A stretch of 64,000 bases of DNA from Hydrolagus affinis (taxonomy: Eukaryota): NCBI GenBank assembly GCA_012026655.1, contig JAAILG010001243.1:1-64000 (forward strand). Reading direction: 5' to 3'. The first letter of the stretch is position 1, and each line of letters opens with the position of its first letter. A model generated the notes under the pieces. The model was not told where the DNA came from, did no database searches, and was given only the letters and a program-made list of their open reading frames with translations. Below are positions 47,299-60,210 of this stretch, one piece after another. The position numbers and the translations under genes were made by a program.

Positions 47299-48084
47299 AA
47301 ATGAAAGGGCTTCAAATGGAAAAACAAAGATTATGAAAAGTATCATAATCTCTCACAGCCTCATGTATTTTGTACAATATGGTTTTAAATATCAAATCAT
47401 TGAAACCCTAATTTGCTTTTAAGAAAATTCACTCTATAACAACTCTTTCTCTGTCTGACCTTGCCCTTTTCTACCCATCCCAGGACCTCCATCTAGGTTT
47501 GGGTGAAATCTCAAGAAATTGTTGGACCCAAAGTCTGAGAAATGATGAATACTTTGCTAGATTACCTGGAAAGCGAGTTAAACACCCTGGAACTTTTCTT
47601 AGGATTTTTTCTGTACTCCTTTGTCCCGTTTGGGTTGGGGAGAATCAATCATACTGCAGGAGAGGACTCAATGGTAAAATGGACCTCTCTCATTCCATAC
47701 TTACAGCCTCTAAGGAAGTATTTGCTGTGGCTGGAGTTAATAGCTAGTGGTAGCTTGGACACTCTCCACAAATATGTCTTACTGCGTTAATACTTTTGCT
47801 GTGGATTCGAGGGGAATGTCTTGAATATGCTCTGTGGTCTGTGGAGCTTTGTGTGACAAAGACACTGACTCAGGGGACTGGGAACCAGTTAATTCTCTAC
47901 AAGGCTTACAAATACACCACAGAAAATGCACTGCTCATTTCAAAGGCTGGTACAGGCAGGCTAAGGAGAGAAAATTATTAAATAGAACATTAATCCTTTT
48001 ATGTTGTTACTGTCAAAGAAAGGCTTACAGAACACCAAGCATAAGGGGATCTCTTACAGGAATGTTTTTCTGTATTTTCCTGTC

Positions 48085-48160
48085 CTCTACAAGCACCTTG
48101 GGATGTCCTCCCGACGTAAAGGGCGCTCTATAAATGCAATTTTATTGTTGTTGTTGTTGT
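48085..48160 (+). mobile_element. L2 3' tail
   Basis: AGCACCTTGGGATGTCCTCCCGACGTAAAGGGCGCTCTATAAATGCAATTTTATT(GTT)n. Confidence 0.82.
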
Positions 48161-48259
48161 TCTCCTTCGGAGCTCTTAATGGTGTCACTGATGGCGTACC
48201 AATTGGGATGGTATTGGCGTAGACAAGAGAATGGCCCTTACTATTTACAAGATCACAGG

Positions 48260-48480
48260 AGAGGTTCAGATGAAGAAGGCTCTTCAGCCCAAATGTATCT
48301 TATTCTTCCAGAATTCCCATCCTGTTGTCTTCTCGTAACAGCATCCAGCTGCTTGTTAAATGAGTCTAGCATCCTTGCTTCAACTCTCCTTTCCGGTAAC
48401 ACTGTTCCAATTGTAAATTCCCTACTCCATAACAGCTGGTGTCTGTCCAGAAATTGCCTTTTCAACTCCCCTATTGTGCC
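48260..48480 (-). mobile_element. Old CR1 3' end
   Basis: Minus strand reads LPERRVEARMLDSFNKQLDA, then a UTR GGGCTGAAGAGCCTTCTTCATCTGAACC; a related plus-strand fragment lies at 46425-46511. Confidence 0.6.
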
Positions 48481-49326
48481 CTATTGTTACCAGGAATGAC
48501 ACCATGGTAATCACTACTAGACATGACACCAGAGTAATTACCAGACATGCTACCAGATAATTTTGCACTAGGCTCAGTAACGGTGATACTGTGTTTCACG
48601 CACAAAATAAACAGTACTGGTTACACCTTACAGTATATCCTGTGAAGTTCTTTGAGACATTACACTGGCGTGATAAGGTGCTATATCAAATGCAAAGATT
48701 ATTACTACCAGTGAGGTGACTGATCAGGTGCATGTCGCTATGTGATGTCTGAGAGGTTACCATGGAAAGTCTGAACCTGCTTTCAAAATGCAAACGTTTA
48801 AAGGGAGGATAAAACAAGCTCGGTGTTTGAGGCTTAATCCTTCAAAACAAAAGGAAGAGGTTGCTAGGAAAATACTACTTCAAATCACAGAAGAGGCATT
48901 AACTGGAATTAGTCTATAATAACAAGCTGAACTGTCTAAACTGTTTTTGGAATAATCCTTCGTTTAAATAAAAAAATTTAGTGTCACTAACAGAACCCTT
49001 TCAGAAATCAAACTCGCAAAGGACTATTATTAACTGGAACTTTCTTCCAGTCTTTTGTCTTTTTCTGTTTTTTTTAATGTAGAACAATATGTAGCAAGCT
49101 GTAACTCACTCCAGTATGTAGAGAAATGGAGTTAGTTACAGGTTTTATTATAATCAAGGCTTTCGGGCATCTTATATATCTAGAACAAGGTGTTCTATAT
49201 AGAGGTGTAGGATACTTTATATTACATGGTACTACAACAACAATTTACATTTATATGACCACCGCATAACAGTGGCAGAGCTTCATGTCGAGCTGAGATG
49301 GCAGGGAGGTGACATATCAAATTAGA

Positions 49327-49575
49327 ACAACAACAACAAAATTACATTTGTATAGCGCCTTTCACGTCAGGAGGACGTCCCAAGGTGCTGGACAGCTTAC
49401 TGCTTCAGACCCGAGCTAAGGACAGGGGGGTTGGGGTGGGGGGGGGAGGGCGAATGAGTCACCGATGGGACCATCGAAGAGAAGAGTCTTGAGACGAGAC
49501 TTGAAGGAGGCCAGGGAGGGTGCGAGGTGGAGGGGCTTTGGGATGGAGTTCCAGAGGTTGGGGGCAGAGAAGGTC
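49327..49575 (-). mobile_element. L2 LINE 3' end (same family as 37381-37912)
   Basis: AACAACAACAAAATTACATTTGTATAGCGCCTTTCACGTCAGGAGGACGTCCCAAGGTGCTGGACAG..TTCAGACCCGAGCT..GAGTCTTGAGACGAGAC..GGAGTTCCAGAGGTT. Confidence 0.88.
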
Positions 49576-50345
49576 CTCGGGTATGATCCAAAACTGGCAA
49601 AGAAGCGGTAGGGCAGAGGGAATGAGACTGAGAGTTCCAGAGGGGCATAGTGGTAGGGGTATAGTGGCCTAAACTATGGTTCGAGGGTTCAAGGGACATG
49701 CTAACGCCTGCATCCAACTAGCACCTAGATCAATTGGTAGATCTATCTTCTGTGTCAGAAAGTTGTGGTTCAAGCTCACTTTCAGCCATATGTAAGACAC
49801 CCAAAATTTACTGAGGCATGGTAACCACTTCCTTAAGTGGTCAATCTTTCCAGGAGAAAGCAGAACCATTTGAGAGGCAGCAGAACGGCAGCAATTTAGA
49901 ATTTTTAATTTGGGGGCAAATTAGCATCATATATAATCAGCATCATTCTTCCTAATTATAAGTGGCACAAATACGATGGGCTAAATGCAGGAAAATCTAT
50001 GTTTTTACATCATTATTAAGTTTTTGTTGTTACAGTTAGGGCAAATACAAAATATAGCAAGTCAGTTTTTGTTCAGAAAGAGAAACGGGTAGAATTTGTG
50101 AGCAGTGTTATGTGAATTGCCTTTGGCAATATTGGCCACTAATGGGATTTCCCATTATAGTCATCATGCATCACTAAGCAGAATTTGTATTTCAGTGTGT
50201 GAGAAGTCATGCATCAGTTTTGTTATTGATGACTTTGCCTACAAGTGTGTGATGAGGCATATCTATGTCTGATCATCTCATGTGTTTGTCACCAAATAAG
50301 GAAAGGTTTGCGCAACTTTCAAAAAGGCAATGCCTGTTCGATAAT

Positions 50346-50518
50346 AAAATCATCCTTGCATTTGATAAAGTGCTTTTCACATCTGCTAGATGTCTCAAAG
50401 CGCTTCACAGAATATACTGTAAACTGAATTGACTGTATATTGGTGGGCGAATCGCATCAGGCAATTGCACACAGCTGTGTCCCACAAACAGTCGTGAATT
50501 GAGTGACCAAATTATTAT
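50346..50518 (-). mobile_element. Young SINE, 3' half
   Basis: ATCCTTGCATTTGATAAAGTGCTTTTCACATC..GTCTCAAAGCGCTTCACAGAATATACTG..GTCCCACAAACAGTCGTG. Confidence 0.87.
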
Positions 50519-51574
50519 TCTATTTTCTTGAGGGATTATTCAATCTACACAGTTTGATGACTAAGGGATAATTACAATCTACTCAAAGCAGGGAAACGTC
50601 ACTTAGCAAACATTAAATCTGGCATGAATAACCCAAAAGCACGTCAGGTCCACTTTGTCAAATCAATAGTGCCATTTGTCTTTGACCCCTTTTATTTTAG
50701 TCCCTGTCACATGCAACTCAATCATTGGGGATCTGTGACTTTTCATGACCAGAGGAAGCCTTCCCATGCAAGCTGTAGACTCATCAGCTCGAACCTCCCT
50801 AATCACAGGACTCTCCATCATTCTTGTGTTAAGTTGCAGCTGCCAGCCAAGACTGCAGCAGGTACCACCTCAGTAAGAAGAGGCTTCACATATCAACTAA
50901 TGCTGAAAACGATCTGAAGCTGAGAGCCGAGATTTGCACCCAGGGACATTATCTTACGAGTCTGCATGGAAAATGAACAGGCAGAACCATGCAATCAAAA
51001 TAAAAGACTGAATGGCTTAAAATTCATCTTCCATGCCCTTTCAGAACGTCACATTAGATGGCTTGGCCAATAGAGGCCAACGCACACTCTGGGGTCCTTA
51101 AGCTTCAATACCTGCCACGCTGCATCTAATATTCTTCAGGATTAGGTAGCTGGGGAGAGAGAGTGCACGCTCTATTTCAGGTACAGGGAAATTTTCATAC
51201 ATACATGGAACTCTTAGTTTAGTCTGTGGACTGTCAAGCATGGGGGTGGGCTTCTGGATCACCATAATTCACCCCAGAGTAACTGAGAATTTCAGTACTA
51301 GGAATATTACCGTATATATATTATCATCAATAACGCTGCACTTACATTTTAGGTTTAAGCTTTGTCGACAATCATGATAAATTGGTATAAAATATTATCC
51401 CTATTTAAACATCATTTACCATCAAATATTTTCAAGTACAATTACTCTGTCATGCAACTTTATGATTGTGATTATACCACATTTGCAGAAATATTAGATT
51501 CATGTACCTTCTTCCTAGTCTCGTGGAAGATCCCCAAAAGTCTTTTCAAAATTTCCCTTTCTATGGAATGCACA

Positions 51575-51712
51575 CTCGGATAATGCAGCACTCCCCCAGT
51601 ACTATAATGGAGTGTCAGACTAGACTGTGAACTCAAAGTACCGATATGGATCTTGAACCCACAAGCTTCTGATTACAAGGCAAGAGTTGTATCTTTTGAG
51701 TCAGCTTGACAC
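51575..51712 (-). mobile_element. SacSINE1-like 5' fragment
   Basis: TGCAGCACTCCCCCAGTACT..GGAGTGTCAGACTAGA..CTTGAACCCACAAGCTTCTGA. Confidence 0.68.
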
Positions 51713-52369
51713 CTAAATTAATAGTGTTGGTAAAATGATTGCAAATAATCAAGTGGGCCCTATTCTGCCTTCAGTGCACAGAGATTGTACAGCTCCCAGG
51801 AGTTGCCAAGAGATAGATGGTGGGCGGTAGGGCCTGCTTCTTTGCCGTAAACATTCTAAGATGTGTGTTCTGTTTTGCTTGAGTGTATTACAGCAGCCAT
51901 TGAGCTATTTCAATCAGTTGCCTGAAGGCGGCCCCACTATATAAACACGGTTACATATGGAAATACCTATAACAAATTGCTTGAGGACAGATGGTTGTTT
52001 AACATGCCAACGTCTCTTTCTGGGGAGGGGGTTAGTACTCTAATATTGTATTCATTTTCCTTTACAACACAATTTGGGGGAATATTGAAGCCATCTATTC
52101 ACTGGAAGGCCCGTAGTGTGCTCCCACCTCAGAACAGAGAAATTGGTGGTTGGCAGGTTTTTAATAAAGAAAATTAGGGCCTATTGCTGACAAAAGTCCT
52201 AGTGAAGCTGCAATACAGATTGAGTTGTAGTGCAGCCAGTTTACTATTACACATGGCCAGCTGTAGATGCCGAGAGGCAGAGGACACTGAGGAGCTCTGC
52301 AAGTGAAACCCATTTTCGTTTGACATTACAACAGTGAGGAGAGAACAAAGCAGGTTTCCTCTTTTCTGA

Positions 52370-52605
52370 CGGCAGCCAATTGCGCCCAACAGTGTCCCAT
52401 AAACAGTCATGGATTGAGTAAAAAGGGATTACTAGCCCTGGAAAAGCAATCCATCAATTGACTAACAACCGGGTTCCTGCTTACTGCTAGGTAAACAGAG
52501 ACATGTGAAGTAAGGAAATTTGCCGAATGTTTCACCCTGCCCAGGAATCGAACTAGGTCCTCTTGTTTGCAAGGCAACTGCTCTAACCACTGCACTATAG
52601 AACTC
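52370..52605 (-). mobile_element. Long-variant tRNA-derived SINE, 5' half (head, extra domain and Deu core)
   Basis: Minus strand GAGTTCTATAGTGCAGTGGTTAGAGCAGTTGCCTTGCAAAC..GTTCGATTCC..TTTCCTTACTTCACATGTCTCTGTTTACCTAGCAGTAAGCAGGAACCCGG..CAATTGGCTGCC. Confidence 0.85.
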
Positions 52606-52649
52606 GCTGTATAAATAATACACACCTGGTGTCGGTTCTCAAACCCTGA

Positions 52650-52930
52650 ATCTGAACCCTGCTGTCCTGCTCTCTCGGTATATCATAAAGTATTGTCGCA
52701 GTTATACATTCTCAAACTCATTTGACATCTTACATATTTCCCCAAGGAACCCACTACAATGTCTCTTTTCAAAGCTGAGAAGCCCAAATTAGGGTTCATA
52801 ACTCATCCCTCGAACACTGCTTTCTTCCACCCTGTCTGGAAGACTGTTGATCAGCTTCGCTGCTCTCCTCTGCACTGTCTCTAACACCAGGGATCAGCTT
52901 TGCTCTTCTCTTCTGAACTCTCTCTAAACC
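52650..52930 (-). mobile_element. Old CR1 ORF2 C-terminal fragments
   Basis: LERVQKRRAKLIPGVR, and downstream GLLSFEKR plus a degraded YKxxNG-like segment. Confidence 0.6.
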
Positions 52931-54659
52931 TGAAAAACAAGGGCAAAGATTTCTAAATATTTCCAGATTCCACTTTGTGTCTGTAAACAATGAGATGGCT
53001 AATGTCTGCGATATAGGTGTTTCAACTCTGCTTCTGAATTCCATCGAGGTGATATTTGGCCAGTAAAAAGGTATGAAGTTCCCTAATTAAACATGATTGA
53101 TTAACGTAAAGTTTTGTAACTCTCTAACGGCTGACAAGAATATGCTTTTACTCTGGCATACAAGCCAAAGGGATGATTAAAGCGTTCATCTTTCACTTCA
53201 GGCTTAAAACTGGCTCAAGGCTCCTCTCAATTCACACACTCCAGAGCAAGTCCATTCACCACATTGTAACAGGAAGCACAAGGATTACATAATGAACAAA
53301 ATATGGAAGAAAATTAGAGGCCTACTGAAGATCTTTACTAATCTTTTAAGAGATATTGTATAAACTCTGCTCTCATTTAGTGGGAAACATTTCCCACCAT
53401 TACGATCCTGTTTGGAATAGCAGCCTTAGGAGTCCCAGAATCCACAATCTTCTGACCCAGAAATGAGAATGTGACTGAGCTAATTGGACATTTATTAAGA
53501 TTAACTGTTGTGTCAATTGTAGTGACTATTTGCAGGCAGGCAGCCATGAGGTGAATGACCGATTAATCTGGAGGATTGTTGGCCAGGATAAGAGATAAAT
53601 TCTCCTGTTTTCCAAGAGCGTTACAAAGAATAGAAGTTCAGGTGAGATAGTAGAGGGTAGCTGGCACTATTGCCACATATCACCACAGGATCAGAGGCAA
53701 GAAAAATTGGACAATAAAAAGGCTTTCTGTCATTCGCACATATGATTGATTCAAAGACCATTTTAAGTGAAGGCCTGACCTTCCCCCCACGTGGAACTGA
53801 ACTCCAGTAGGGCCTTTTAGAAGTAGAAGTGGCAGGAGACAATTGGCTTTAAAAAATGTACTGAAAAATAAATGGATCCCGACAAACAAAAGTCTTGTCA
53901 TAAAAATGGCCTTATTGTATTCCGCACTCAGCTTAACAACGAGGCTGCTGTGCCAGCAGAGAGCCAGCACTTGGGGAAATAACTTCTCGATATTAAATCT
54001 GCTCAGCTGCAAAGCCCCACAGCAGGAGCTCGAACATGCTGCTGATTCCAGCTCGTATGAAATGACTGCTTCAGGCCCTCGAATCGCAGGTCCCTCAGCG
54101 GATCAGGACTGCTTCAACCACTCCATTACCACGCTGTTTGAGACAACCTCTGGAGCCACTCTGCACAGCGGCTGGAAGGTGCAGCTCTCAATGAAAGCTG
54201 TAGTTCTCCCAAGTCTATGGGCAATAGCGGATTGAGTAATTAGGTACCAATATTGAGCAGCTAAAAGAGACTGAAAGACATGTGCAGGTCAAGCAAACCT
54301 CATTCTGCAAAAAGAAAATTTCACTACATTTGAACAGGCGATGAGACCCAGCTCTGCTTCGTGTTGAAGAAACCCAAGCACCACACTCCTGCTCAATTAA
54401 AAGGCCCCAATGGTCCACATTGTCTCGGGCTGACAGACTTTTTTGTCTTAAAATTAAAAAACACACCAAATAGTGAAAGCTTCTTCAATTCAACCTTCCT
54501 AAATACTGTGGAAGATTTTGAATTTTAAAATTTCCTAACAATCTACAGCTAAATAATAAAGATTTAAATTGTTTTGTAGGCTCACAGTAGGTGGAGTTTA
54601 AGGCTCTTGCACACTATATAGTAGTAAATCCAAATAAATCCACAGCTAGCATTCCGTAT

Positions 54660-54945
54660 TGTCCATGTTTGAGAGGTTAAACTAAGTTCCTGTATGCCTG
54701 CTAAAGGGTGCATTAAGGATCCCATGAGATCATTGGAATAGAGAAGGGAGTTTCTTCTGCTGTCCTGGCCAACAATCCTCCAGATAAAATTAGTCATTCA
54801 CTTAATAGCTGTTTGTGCAGTATTGTTATGTGCAAATTGACTGCCACGTTTAATTACAAAAACATATTCACTATACTTTCCAGCAATATGCTATGAAGAG
54901 TTTTGAAACATTTTTAAAGTTATAAGCACTGTATCAAATATAACG
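54660..54945 (+). mobile_element. Old SacSINE1-like fragment
   Basis: GGATCCCATG..GAGAAGGGAGTTTCTTC..GTCCTGGCCAACAATCCTCCAGATAAAATTAGTCATTCAC..GCTGTTTGTG..TGCAAATTGACTGCCACG. Confidence 0.78.
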
Positions 54946-55696
54946 ATTGGTGTTGTTAGATAAATTGCTCCACCCCAGCATGCTGGAAATCCCAGAAGTG
55001 ATGGCAAAATGCTAAAAGTGCAGTCGTTCACTTTTTTTTTAGATATAAAATGCAGATTTGCATGTAATGTATTTTCACAGGTCATTTTTTTTTAATGTGC
55101 CAATATTTCCTAAAGGACCGAGAATTTTGCACCAAGATTCTTTCATTGTTTCAAGCACAATTAAACCTAGACGGTCCAAATATTCCCCTCTAAAGCAATT
55201 CATATTCTGTTAAATAACTCTTTCAATTACAAAATGGCTATATACAGTAAACTCGTTATAAAGTAGGTTCCTTTTAAGGCTTCTCGCATACTAAACAATG
55301 TCCGATTTCTGGTTGTGTTGCCAGGTTGCCACTGATGTCACTTTGTGTCCACTACGGCAATATGGACAGGACATGACATTGACAGTGATCTAATGACCAT
55401 GTTTTAATGAGATAAGCCAACCACCTTTCTGCTGTAATACAACAAGAACAATCCTTGAATTTGATATCTCACCTATAATGTCAGAATATTAGCTAGAAAC
55501 CCAGCTGATTTCCCTTCCCTCAACCAATTTGTAACTTATGGGACGTCCTCCCGACGTAAAAGGTGCTATACAAATGTAATTTTGTCGTTGAGGCTAATCA
55601 GAACCAGTTGAAATGCCTCAATTCTTCCCCTATATGATGTTTTGACCTTTTACTGTAGATAAATTAATAGAGACAAAGAGACACACGCATGGTTTT

Positions 55697-55853
55697 AAAC
55701 ACAGATAGAGATAGACACATGGGGAAGTGGGACTAGTTGGTAGTTCTTTCAAAGAGACGGCATAGGCACAACAGGCTGAATGCCCTCCTGTACTATGATT
55801 CTATGATACACACACACACACACACACAGATAAAACACAGATAGAGATAGACA
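55697..55853 (+). mobile_element. Extremely 5'-truncated CR1-type 3' UTR plus (CA)n, between 21-bp direct repeats
   Basis: AAACACAGATAGAGATAGACA at 55697-55717 and 55833-55853 flanks GGGGAAGTGGGACTAG..TCTTTCAAAGAGACGGCATAGGCAC..GCTGAATG..CTATGATTCTATGA. Confidence 0.7.
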
Positions 55854-58667
55854 GAGCGAGAGATAGAGAAAGACACGGACAGCAATAGACAGAGTGATAC
55901 TTGTTAAATACGAGTTTACCTTTTCTGTACAGGAAGAGATGAAAATTCCTCAAACCCTCCAAAGACACCCTCAGATACTATTGCTTTGAATTCAAATTGG
56001 CTGAAAACAACACCCTGGCCCTAGACGCACCCACTGGGAAGGTTCATCTATCCTGTGAGAACTAGTTTAAAATTCTGCCTAACTCCGTAGTTCACTGAGT
56101 GCACCAGGTCGCTGTGTGTGTGAGTGCCCTAGAGAGAGCACCGAGGCTGTGGCTGCCCTGTCTGGCCCCGCTAGCCCCTCCAACCGAGAGGTTGTGTGGA
56201 GGTTACAAAGGCCTCTTGACACAGAAAAGATGCAGGAAATAAAGAGTAAGTCAATAACTAAAAAGAAAGCCTAAGAGAGTACAGCAAAGCATGTGAGAGA
56301 TGTCAATTAGAATCTTCGATGCAAAGGTTCACTTTAGCAGGGCTCTAGCTTGAACAAGTCCGGGACAGACAACTTAAGTATGGGTTACACATTGTACTGT
56401 GGGTTACAGGGAATTAAGGCAAGCATTCAGACAGAGAGTAGGGTAAAAACAGTTATCACTGGAGGATGCAATGAAGAGACCCAGAAGTACACACACACAA
56501 AGCAAAGAGGATCATTCAGACACATATACTGACCATTCAGGACACTGGCCAGTCTACCTTAAAACAATTCTGTGTGGGAAATGCTGGGATGATAAAACAA
56601 AAGCCTCATGGCAAAGATCGTTGCCATAGCAACATTTAATAATGGTACACAGAGTTTCCGAAAGCAAATATCAAAACATGTGTACAGCTATTGCATGAAA
56701 TATGAAAAACATGTGGAATAAAAACCCAGATGATTAAAATCACAGCAAATAAAATGAAAGATAAAAGTACGGAGCTCCATAGTGTTCTTCAAGATTTGGA
56801 AAACTTACCAGAAATAACTGGGTAGAAATATTTCTGATAGTTTTAATAGTGAGAATGTGTCGATACAAGGCTGGGTAGCTGCCAACCACTGGTGGCAAGT
56901 TGTGTTCAGAAATGATTGCAAAATTAGATTTTTACATTCAGTGGTTCAAGCACACAATCATTGGGAATTGAGGCAGCCATCATGATCCCAGCATAAAAAC
57001 CCCAACCCAAAGTGTGATTTTTAAAATTAGTTTAAAACAATATTTCACATTATCCAATTTATCCTGGATTATATTAACCCCTTGTCTAAATTCACCCCTA
57101 AATTCAAATGTTCAGGGATATCGGAGGCACAGGTTAACTGCCGAGTTTGCCTCCGCAAAATTATTAACTTTATTTCTGATCAATTATATTATTAATTTCA
57201 TTTCTGACCAATAATATTTTGTCAAACGCTTTTCTTTTATGCGAAGAGGGCAAGTTGTTGTTCTTGATTCAAACTAAATCAACACTGGTCTTTGCTGGGA
57301 ATTGTGCTTCGGCATTTGCCTACAAATACACAGTAAGTTTTGTAAAGTGCTTTCAGACATCCTTCTGAGGTAATTAAGGCATTAAACCAAATGCCAGGAT
57401 TAATATTAGAGTACTGTACACAAACCACACAATCCGAGAACAGTTTTTAATCTGCTGGATTTGGAGTGAGGTTCACTGGCACCTCTGTGGGTCAGACATT
57501 GCCACTACACAGGGAGATAGAGGGATGGAATGAAGGATATACTTTGCATTGTGTGTGGAGGGGGTGTCACACACAATGGTCCAATTGGCCTTTTGCTGTT
57601 CCTATTACATCAGGCCCTAAATCATTCCAGCACTTAAACTCATCCAGGTCAGAAAACCAAAAAAAGTTAATTTGTTTTTACGCAGATCCAATAGATTGGC
57701 AGCCATGAGCTGCGGCTTGAACTACAAAGCTGTAGGAAATTGATTGAAATGTGGTTCTTGTTATTTATTTCTGTGGGTAGGGGCCAAAATCTAGAAGGAA
57801 CTAAACACTGGTAGTAAAGTGCTTACCCCTCACATCCAGCCTGTCAGCCCCACCCGAGTACAAGCTCAGCCATAATATCACATACATTTTAATGTCCACT
57901 GCTATACAACGTGAAATACACCAACTTATTCTACAGGCTAGAGAAAGAATGGTTTAAACACCTTCTTCAAAGCTTGAGATTGTATCTTTGTCTTTTTTAA
58001 ATGTTAAGATGCCAAAGCAGATTGCGTTGAATATATTAATTCGCCCACTTTATAGGTAATCCTGTGAAATTCATTGCTACGTCCTCCTGACATGAAAGGT
58101 GCTATAATCACGTGTAAGAATTATTGTAATATTCTCTAAAAGATACTATTCCAACTCTTTTTGCCTCCGAGCAAAAATATATTTCTGTGTCTCACTATAA
58201 ATACTCAGCTGCTTCTCACTGGTACCTAGTGCTGAGGGCCTTACCATTATCCTGGTGTATACTACATGTAACGTGATTCTCCTCTGCTGCTGCCGCATGC
58301 TAGCTCAGTAAATGGTGATACTAACGATCATCTATGGAATTTCATCCACTTCATCCACAGAAAGAGATTCTGAGAGCATGAAAGTCAGTGATGCTGACTC
58401 ATGTAAACTCCATTTATTACTTGATAGTACAAACATTCCCTTTCAAAAGATTCAGACATCCCAATTAATTAAGGTGTTTACCTGATGTAATTGGTGCTGT
58501 ATGCGCGGAGCTTATTATAATAGGTCTAAAAAACTCGTTATATCAAGTTTTCCTGCAGCCCAGCAGATGCTAATTGACAGTCTAGCCTGTGGCTGAAATC
58601 TTATTGATTTGACCACAAATGTTGAAATCTAACATCTCCATGGAACACTCAAATTGTGTTGCTTAGT

Positions 58668-58686
58668 TGGCCATCAGGGGGCACCT
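58668..58686 (+). promoter_or_regulatory. Candidate CTCF site
   Basis: TGGCCATCAGGGGGCACCT against the consensus TGGCCACCAGGGGGCGCTA; motif match only. Confidence 0.4.
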
Positions 58687-59869
58687 GTATGAATTACTAC
58701 CCATATTCAACCACCCCCCAACCCCAATCTATCCACCCTTCTCACCCACTTCCCTCTCTCACCCACTTTCCTCTCTCACATGATCCTCTCGCACCCAAGA
58801 GCCAACTTTCTCCATTCACGATTTGGCACAGACCAGTAGCTCATTCTCCAAGGGAAACCCATACACATAGATACATACACAAATAAATGACTGGCAAAGG
58901 AGAAGGGAGGAAGTTCTATGAATTAATCAGAGTGCAATTAAATAGACAGCGATGAACTTTTTCATTTTTTGTTAGACCACGATGTGGTTGGATGTTACAA
59001 TAGCCAAGAAAAATAAAATGTGACGGGTATAATCTGCGGTTCTGTGTCATTTACTCCCTCGTTCTTGTTGAGATTCCTAAGTGACTCCTATCCTGAGCTC
59101 ACAGGGAGAGCTGTCAGTCTGCCAGGCAGAGAGGAAAGCCAAGGGTTCGATGCCCTGTCAGAGATGGAGGTCCTACGCTGTCTATAAATGAGACCCAGAC
59201 AGTGTAGTTTGGATGGAGTTCAGATCCACATGCTAAAGGAAATCCTAAGCATGAAACCCAACATCAGCCCTAAGCCACCATGTGTCATGGTGCTTTATTC
59301 TTACATCTATATCCTGCAGCTATATTTGTTATATATTTATATATTTCAATGTGGATTTGAGCTCTCTGTGCTTTGGCCAGCTCAGCCATCTAAGGCTGCT
59401 TTCAGTTCTCTCTTTCTTCCTGCTAAGTTTTCTCCTTCAATCTTTACCCTCTCCTCATCACTTTAAGATGAGTGATTTCTTCCCTTTTTTCAGAGGCTCC
59501 GAGCATCCTTGTACACCATGCTCTACAACCCTTGTTTATGTGTAAGCCAACATGGATAGTCTGGGTAGCCATGCCTGAGGGACAGAGAAAGATGTTCCAG
59601 AGTTTCAGGGTGTACTGGGTGATAGCACATTGACTAAAGTTAATTGAAATGAACTGAGTTAGCAACAGTGGCTATCTCAGGCCAGGCTGGGATCCCAGTT
59701 ACACCTCCACGGTATACGTACGGCCCAGCATTCACCAGACGGCAGCACTGAACTTTAAACCTGATCTGTCTTCGAGATCAAAAATAATCTCCATTAGGTA
59801 GCATTTTATTATTGCAACTAAAATCTGGTCCCACTCTCCCCTTGCATGTCAATCATTAACAATCTTTGA

Positions 59870-60210
59870 ATTTCATCAACAGCCTAAAAACACTTCACAA
59901 AGAATTGCTGTAGTGTAGAGGCTGTGTATTTCGTAGGCAAACATGTCAGGCATCTTGCGCATTGCAAGGTCCCACATTTATGAAGCAAACTAACAATTTA
60001 CCCGAGGAATTGTTGAGCAGGACGCTTGGAGAAACTTGGAGAATAAAAGGAAACTGCTTCCTTTTTTCAACCAGTGTCATGGGATCCTTAACATCACTTC
60101 AATATTCAGACAGGTCCTTTCAGATACCGCACTATAATCAAATTTCAGTTGAGAAACTGAGTTAAAAGTATTGACATCCCGGGGTTTAAACCCACAAATT
60201 TCTGTCCCAG
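59870..60210 (-). mobile_element. Old SacSINE1-like SINE
   Basis: CACTTCACAAAG..GTAGGCAAAC..GTCCCACA..TTGTTGAGCAGGAC..CATGGGATCCTTAACATC..TTAAACCCACAAATTTCTG. Confidence 0.65.
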
